Assembly: GCA_001563875.1 (NCBI GenBank)
Contig: LKMN01000008.1
Location: forward strand, 1-33,546
DNA length: 33,546 nucleotides
Direction of reading: 5' to 3'
From: Nanohaloarchaea archaeon B1-Br10_U2g1
GTDB taxonomy: Archaea > Nanohalarchaeota > Nanosalinia > Nanosalinales > Nanosalinaceae
The stretch's first letter is position 1; each line of letters starts with the position of its first letter. The position numbers and the translations under genes were made by a program. The notes beneath the pieces are model-generated. The model ran no database searches and had not been told where the DNA came from. It was given only the letters and a program-made list of their open reading frames with translations. This document shows positions 27,774 to 33,546 of the stretch, in pieces.

Positions 27774-28882
27774 GAGAAAGAGTTGAAAGAATAAACCTTT
27801 CTATAAGAAAAATATCTGAAAAAGCAGCTGAAAAAGACGATATAGTACGTTTCGATATAGGACAGCCTAGCTTTGGCACTCCTGAACATGTCAAGAAAGC
27901 AGCGGAACAAGGATTAGAAAACAAACAAGGCTACTCTCCAATGCTTGGCCTTCCGAGACTCCGTGAAGCAATAGCTGATGAAGAGAACGGTAAAAACGGT
28001 TTTGGACCCGAAGGAAAGTTCCTAGAGAAAGAACATGTAATGGTTACAACCGGCGGTATGGGAGCTCTTTACAGTATATTTACAGCAAGACTAGGCTCTG
28101 AAGACAAAGCCGTCTTCAACGATCCATGCTGGGGACCTTACAAGATGATTAGTGAAGTAGCAGGTAACCGTTGGAGCCAGGTAAAGTTCTGGAACAAAGA
28201 TAGAGAGCTTAGAGAAGAAGCTAAGAAAGAGATTGCAGAAGCTGAAATGGTTGTGGTAAATACTCCGGGCAACCCTACAGGATATACATTGACTAGGGAA
28301 CAAGCAAAGGAGATTGGAGAGGTAGCTGATGAAAACGATACCTTCCTAGTAAGTGACGAAGTCTACCACAGACTGGTTTACGGGGTAGAACATTACTCTC
28401 CCGCAGAGTTCTCATGTGACTCAGCAATAATCGGTTCAGCATCGAAGAACCATGCGATGACAGGATGGAGAATAGGATGGATAATAGATAAGGAGAGAAA
28501 TATTGAACAGTATGCCAAAGTCTCAAGAGCATCAACAGCATGTCCGCCAAGAATATCACAGTATGCAGCTATAGAAGCTTTAGAAAACGACTTCCACGTC
28601 CAAGAAATGAGAGAAAAGTATGAGGAAAGACGAGACCTGCTTGTAAACAGGATGAAGCAGCTTGACTGGGAGTCCGTCGCTCCTGAAGGCGCGATATATG
28701 CCTTCCCGGAGGTAGAAGAGGATTCTTGGGAATTCTGTATGGGGATGATAGATGAAGGTGTAGCAATGGTTCCTGGAGAGCCTATGGGCCCTGAAAGCGA
28801 TCAAAAAGTTAGAATCTGTTTTGGATCAACAACGAAGGAAGAGATCAACAGAGCTTTTGACATAATCGAGGATAACATATGA
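27770..28882 (+). CDS. PLP-dependent class I/II aminotransferase (likely aromatic/aspartate)
   Basis: GQP, NTPGNPTG, SDEVY and SASKNHAMTGWRIGW (PLP Lys). ATGA overlaps with both neighbours. Confidence 0.93.
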   Translation: MRERVERINLSIRKISEKAAEKDDIVRFDIGQPSFGTPEHVKKAAEQGLENKQGYSPMLGLPRLREAIADEENGKNGFGPEGKFLEKEHVMVTTGGMGALYSIFTARLGSEDKAVFNDPCWGPYKMISEVAGNRWSQVKFWNKDRELREEAKKEIAEAEMVVVNTPGNPTGYTLTREQAKEIGEVADENDTFLVSDEVYHRLVYGVEHYSPAEFSCDSAIIGSASKNHAMTGWRIGWIIDKERNIEQYAKVSRASTACPPRISQYAAIEALENDFHVQEMREKYEERRDLLVNRMKQLDWESVAPEGAIYAFPEVEEDSWEFCMGMIDEGVAMVPGEPMGPESDQKVRICFGSTTKEEINRAFDIIEDNI

Positions 28883-29727
28883 TAGATCAGAAAATCGCTA
28901 TAATAGGCGGAACAGGAAAGTTTGGACAGCATCTAGGGAAACGTCTTGAAGAGAATAACGAGATAAGGATATCTGGTAGAGACGCTGAAGAAGCTGAAGC
29001 TGTAGCGAGCAAATATGGCTGGAAGTCAGGAGAAAACACTGAAATAGTGAAAGAAGCTGATATAGTGATTGTTGCAGTACCTATCTCGGTTACTGTAGAG
29101 GTTATAGACAGTATAGGACCAAATATATCGGATGACACACTTCTCTGTGATATAACAAGCGTTAAACAGGAGCCTGTAGAGGCCATGGAAAAATATTCCG
29201 ACCAGGTGTTGGGGATGCATCCTATGTATGCACCTAGCAACTCTATAAAAGGCCAAAAAGTAGTTCTATGTCCTGAAAAAGGAAAGAAGTGGACGGAAAT
29301 GGAAGAGTTCTGGATAGAGAACGGTGCAGATATACATATCGTTGATCCGGAGACCCATGACAAAGCAATGTCTTTAGTACAGGGACTCATGCATTTTTCG
29401 GAGCTGGTGGTTGCTGACGTTATCAGAAAGTCTGATCTGACAGGCGAGGATTTAGAGGAGTACTCTTCACCGGTCTACCAGTTAATAACAGATCTTACTG
29501 CCAGAATGCTTAACCAGAAGTCTGGGCTTTACGGATCTATACAGAGCGAGAACCCTGAAAACGAAGATATTAGAGAAGAGTTTGTGGCTTCTGCTGAAGA
29601 TATAACAGAGCTTATAGGCGAAGAACAGTTTGACGAAAGATTTGAAGAGCTTGGAGAAGAGTTTGACTTGAAAGGTGCGCAGGAACGTACTGATAAAGTG
29701 ATTGAATTCTTATCTGAAGTTCGGTAG
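28879..29727 (+). CDS. tyrA: Prephenate dehydrogenase
   Basis: IIGGTGKFG Rossmann motif, DITSVK, GMHPMY and HDKAMSLVQGLMH. Confidence 0.95.
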   Translation: MIDQKIAIIGGTGKFGQHLGKRLEENNEIRISGRDAEEAEAVASKYGWKSGENTEIVKEADIVIVAVPISVTVEVIDSIGPNISDDTLLCDITSVKQEPVEAMEKYSDQVLGMHPMYAPSNSIKGQKVVLCPEKGKKWTEMEEFWIENGADIHIVDPETHDKAMSLVQGLMHFSELVVADVIRKSDLTGEDLEEYSSPVYQLITDLTARMLNQKSGLYGSIQSENPENEDIREEFVASAEDITELIGEEQFDERFEELGEEFDLKGAQERTDKVIEFLSEVR

Positions 29728-29729
29728 TT

Positions 29730-31778
29730 CTACCAGTCGTCCTTCGTCGAGCAGTCGGGGTTTATACACATCTGATAATCTTTACCTTTCTTTCGAGCTA
29801 CATAGATGCGAGGTGTGCCGCATTCATCACAGCTTTCATCTAGATTTTTGATACTTCCATTTCTTGGAAGAGGATAGGTGTTCTCACAGTCTGGATAGTT
29901 GCTGCATCCTACAAAACGGCCTTTTTTAGTCTTAATTATTCTCAGTGTGCCGTCTTCACGGCCTTCTTCCTCACAGACCTGGCAGGGACCTAGCTGTCTT
30001 CTACGCTCTCTGTCTGCATCGATTGTTTCTACAAGTTCGGATCCGATCTCTTTCTCTTTCTCCTTAAATTCTGTAAGTATCTCTATTAGTTTGTCTTGTG
30101 CTTCATCTAGAACTTCTTCCCGCGTGTCTTTCTGTTCCTGTATCTCTTCCATCTTTTCCTCAAATTCGCGTGTCAGCTCCTCTGAAACGATTTCTCCACA
30201 GTATTCTTCAAGTGTTGAGACTATTGTAAGTCCTAGGGGAGTTACCTCGATTGGTTCGTTCTCAATATAGTTTCTTGAGTATAGACGGTCAATGGTTGAT
30301 GCTCTTGTCGCCTTCGTACCAAGATTCTTTTTTTCAAGTTTGTTTACAATTCCTGACTGGCTGTAACGGTTAGGAGGCTGTGTCTCTTTCTCTTCGATAT
30401 CGAAGTCTTCGACTTTAAGAGTTTGACCTTCCTCCATGTCTGGGAGATCTGCCTCGTCAACACGTACATAAGGCTCGTAAAGATTGTACCAGTTTCTCTC
30501 CTTTGTAATTTTCGACTTGGCTTTGAAGTCGTGGCCGTTAACCTCTAACGTAAACGTTAGAGACTGTCTTTTCGCAGGTTTACCGAATACTGCGTGGAAA
30601 CGTTTGACTATGAGATCATAGACTTTTCTCTCCTGCTTGGAAAGGTTTCCGGGAGATTCTCCTGTAGGATAGATTGCGGGGTGCGCTTCATCCTTCTTCT
30701 TACCTTGTTTTGGAGAAAGCTTCTTCTTATCAAGCACTTTCTCTGATAGTTCGGTGTACTCTTTCTGGTTTTTCAGCTTTTTCAGAATATTCTTGTATCC
30801 TAGTTTGGCAGGAAGCTTCTGAGACTCTGTACGAGGATAGGAAATCAAACCGTTTTCGTAAAGTGTTTGAGCTATCTGTTGAGTCTTTTTCGGGGAGATT
30901 CTGAACTGGCTGGACGCCTCGCTTTGTAAGCCTGTAAGGTTGAAAGGTATAGGAACGTTATGGGTATAGTTATTGACTTTTACGTTGGTTACAACGGTTT
31001 CTGTTTCGTCTTTTACTTCTGAGAATATTTTTTCAGCTTCGTCTTCGTTCCATATACGGTCTTCATCATCCTCCCACTGTGCTTGGAATTCTGAGTGGTT
31101 TAGGTAGATTTCCCAGTATGGATCCGGTTCGAAAGCCTGTATCTCACGTTCTCTATCTGCTAGAATCTTTAATGCGGGTCCCTGTACACGTCCTGTTGAA
31201 AGTGTTTTGTAGCGATCAGCTTTCCTTACTGCTTTCATAAGTGCTCGGGACACGTTTATACCGTAGTAGTAGTCAAGTACGTGTCTTGTTATGCCTGCTT
31301 CGGTCATTCCTTTGTCGAATTCGCCTAGGTTGTCGTATGCATCCTGTAGGTCTCCTGCGGTGAGTGTGGAGAACTTCATTCTGCGGATATCTTCTTCATC
31401 TGCATCTGTAATATGTCTTATGACGTTGTAGCCGATTACGCTTCCTTCTAGATCGAAGTCGCAGGCGTTAACATAGTTGTCTGCTTTTTCGAGCTGGTCT
31501 CTGAGGTTGTTGTAGTATTTTTTCATGTAGTCGGCGCTGTCGGAGGTTTCGAAAGTAGGTTTCCATTCTACGTCGAAGACAGGGTAGTCCCAGCCTCCCT
31601 CTATCTGATCTAGATTGAATATATGGCCGACAGCAGGCGCTATGATTAGTTCTCCTTCGTCTGTATCTATTACGTAGTTTTTTACTCCTCTGTTTGTTTC
31701 TATAGAATAGTTTCCGAGAGCTTGAGCTATGCGTGAAGCTACTTTAGGCTTCTCTCCTACAAGCACTGTTGTGGCCAT
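29730..31778 (-). CDS. topA: DNA topoisomerase type IA with two C-terminal Zn ribbons
   Basis: TOPRIM EKP, DFDLEG, STGRVQ, catalytic ISYPRT, LGTKATR and C4 Zn ribbons. Confidence 0.98.
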   Translation of the reverse strand: MATTVLVGEKPKVASRIAQALGNYSIETNRGVKNYVIDTDEGELIIAPAVGHIFNLDQIEGGWDYPVFDVEWKPTFETSDSADYMKKYYNNLRDQLEKADNYVNACDFDLEGSVIGYNVIRHITDADEEDIRRMKFSTLTAGDLQDAYDNLGEFDKGMTEAGITRHVLDYYYGINVSRALMKAVRKADRYKTLSTGRVQGPALKILADREREIQAFEPDPYWEIYLNHSEFQAQWEDDEDRIWNEDEAEKIFSEVKDETETVVTNVKVNNYTHNVPIPFNLTGLQSEASSQFRISPKKTQQIAQTLYENGLISYPRTESQKLPAKLGYKNILKKLKNQKEYTELSEKVLDKKKLSPKQGKKKDEAHPAIYPTGESPGNLSKQERKVYDLIVKRFHAVFGKPAKRQSLTFTLEVNGHDFKAKSKITKERNWYNLYEPYVRVDEADLPDMEEGQTLKVEDFDIEEKETQPPNRYSQSGIVNKLEKKNLGTKATRASTIDRLYSRNYIENEPIEVTPLGLTIVSTLEEYCGEIVSEELTREFEEKMEEIQEQKDTREEVLDEAQDKLIEILTEFKEKEKEIGSELVETIDADRERRRQLGPCQVCEEEGREDGTLRIIKTKKGRFVGCSNYPDCENTYPLPRNGSIKNLDESCDECGTPRIYVARKKGKDYQMCINPDCSTKDDW

Positions 31779-31842
31779 TACTGTTATACTAATGTCCTAG
31801 AGTTTTAAACGGCTTTTAGCTATGTATGAACTGTAGTGTTAT

Positions 31843-33087
31843 ATGAAGCAAAGTGATTTAAATGTGTCACTACAAGGTAATAATGAAGGCATGAGTTTTT
31901 CACTCGACCAGCCGATAGAAGAGATTAACACATACATAGAGACAGATATAGGCAAACAGTACGTATCTCCGCTAGAGGCGTTCAACCATGCACATAGAGA
32001 CCTATACAAGTTTATAGAGGAAAGGAACGACGGACCCCAGTCCATAACATACGGAGGGATAGCAGGAGGTAGATACGGTAAACAAGATCCTGTAACACCG
32101 AAAGAAAAAAGATACTTAGAGCGATGGGAAGATACCCGAGACAGTATAGATATAGTGACAGAGATAGATTTGGAACAGAACGGTACAAGAAAATTCTACT
32201 GGGACCTAAGAGAGGCCGATCCCGAAGGAATGGCACAACCCTTCAGTATGGCAAGGCTAAGAACCGACACAGGCGAATCCCTGGGTCTAAGGGTAGCCAG
32301 ACAGTACGAACCTGATCTACTTGAACGAGGAGGCATAATGGACTCCACCAACGTTGATCCCGAGTACACGTCCCGTCTAAGATGGTCGAACAGAGACATA
32401 AAAGAAGATGAATGGGGCTGGATACAGGAACCATACCTGTTAGCAGCCTTGGACGGGGAGGACGGTATCCATGCCAGACTTGACTCCGAGTATCCTGAAA
32501 TACCCGAACTAACACCCAGCTACCAGATAATAGACTGGGATGAAAGCCCGGGAAGAAAGTCGGAAGCAGGTAAAGACCTCTCAAACTACGATAAATCAAA
32601 GTTCGAGATGGCGTTCCTGTACGAGTGGAACGAGCCGCTTTTCGACATGGGGATGACAGATAAAGAAGCCCGGAGAATGGGTGAACACGCAGCAGCACTT
32701 CACTCGACAGGACTGATGACATTTCTGGACAGAAAGCCTGAAGAGTTCTTCGTAGTGCCTCATGAAGACGGCTACCGGATACAGCAGAAGGATCTTGAGT
32801 ACGCTATGCATACAGTCGACAGTAATAGGATAAACGGAAGAGATATGCAGGACCTTGTACACCAGACAAAAAACGGTATACGTAACTATCATTCACCTTC
32901 ATCAGGAGAGATACCGGACGTTCTCAGAACTCAGCTTACTGAAAGACCTGAAACGGTAAAAGAGTCAAGAGCTGAGCTTATGGAGGATACCGATCCCGAG
33001 ATGCGTCAGTGGATGAGAGACTGTACACCGATGAATATAGATCCTGACGTCTTCTATGATCAGGCCAAGCTACTAGAATACGAATAA
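31843..33087 (+). CDS. Hypothetical acidic protein with degenerate kinase-like C-terminal motifs
   Basis: 414-aa ORF with host-like acidic composition. LHSTGLMTFLDRKPEEFFV...KDLEYA recalls kinase catalytic-loop and DFG spacing. Confidence 0.8.
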   Translation: MKQSDLNVSLQGNNEGMSFSLDQPIEEINTYIETDIGKQYVSPLEAFNHAHRDLYKFIEERNDGPQSITYGGIAGGRYGKQDPVTPKEKRYLERWEDTRDSIDIVTEIDLEQNGTRKFYWDLREADPEGMAQPFSMARLRTDTGESLGLRVARQYEPDLLERGGIMDSTNVDPEYTSRLRWSNRDIKEDEWGWIQEPYLLAALDGEDGIHARLDSEYPEIPELTPSYQIIDWDESPGRKSEAGKDLSNYDKSKFEMAFLYEWNEPLFDMGMTDKEARRMGEHAAALHSTGLMTFLDRKPEEFFVVPHEDGYRIQQKDLEYAMHTVDSNRINGRDMQDLVHQTKNGIRNYHSPSSGEIPDVLRTQLTERPETVKESRAELMEDTDPEMRQWMRDCTPMNIDPDVFYDQAKLLEYE

Positions 33088-33118
33088 AAAAGGAAATAGA
33101 AGTGTAGAGAAAAATCTT

Positions 33119-33349
33119 TTACTCTAGCACAGGATTTCTCCAGGATCCGCCAGCTATAATAGATGCTGCCACTATCAGTGCTGCTGAAAGCACTACGAAG
33201 TCTCCATCAACCGTTACGTTAGCAAGGTCTGCGCCTGTAACGACCACAAACACGGTTATGAAGAACGCGATAATCGCTAAGATTATGCTGACCGCAAATC
33301 CTAAAACCGAGTCTACTAAATCCCTGACACGAAAGTCGTCGTCTGCCAT
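33119..33349 (-). CDS. Small two-TM membrane protein
   Basis: AGGTG SD 8 nt before the ATG at 33349, and two long hydrophobic helices. Confidence 0.75.
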   Translation of the reverse strand: MADDDFRVRDLVDSVLGFAVSIILAIIAFFITVFVVVTGADLANVTVDGDFVVLSAALIVAASIIAGGSWRNPVLE

Positions 33350-33384
33350 TTCCAATACACCTAGAGGATTATTCTCTATCTCTA

Positions 33385-33546
33385 TTAATTAATTTCTAGG
33401 TATTCCTGTCCACCCATATACTGTTGTAGGGCTTTAGGGATCTTGATTCCTTCCTCGGTTTGGTTGTTCTCGATTATTGCGGTCATAACTCTGGAGGTTG
33501 CACAGGCCGTAGCGTTCAAGGTATGGGCCACATGGTTCTCCTCCTT
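33385..33546 (-). CDS. serS: Seryl-tRNA synthetase, C-terminal 53 aa (partial, absent from ORF track)
   Basis: Manual translation [53 protein letters not shown] matches SerRS motif 3 (HTLN..A.A..R...AI.EN.Q). Confidence 0.93.
   Translation of the reverse strand, partial: KEENHVAHTLNATACATSRVMTAIIENNQTEEGIKIPKALQQYMGGQEYLEIN

Overview
Compact archaeal chromosomal segment, most likely from a Nanohaloarchaeota (DPANN) genome. This is inferred from the acidic proteome, moderate GC, overlapping genes, singlet HMf-type histone, PolB, RadB and CDC48. In order it holds: grpE-dnaK-dnaJ; a type IV pilin; a basic wHTH-like orphan; about 520 bp of unexplained, highly structured intergenic DNA (4756-5276); a YprB-like RNase H-fold nuclease; histone; metallophosphoesterase; PolB; an Ogg2-like protein lacking its catalytic Asp; the pdhABC-lpd operon; MFS, ADP-forming acetyl-CoA synthetase, malic enzyme and map; DsbA with a CxxC membrane partner; cdc48 with a coupled small upstream gene; radB; a small-ORF cluster; a chorismate-to-Phe/Tyr operon; topA; a degenerate kinase-like orphan; and the 3' end of serS. 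No CRISPR array, tRNA, rRNA or transposase was seen. The best candidate for an undescribed system is 4756-5276: a putative ~300-nt + strand ncRNA divergent from a non-AUG small ORF with tmRNA-tag-like features, where part of the RNA is complementary to the ORF's 5' end. Other leads are a 12-mer shared by the dnaK and cdc48 upstream regions and the DsbA/GCAAC membrane pair. All calls are by eye, with no database searches.
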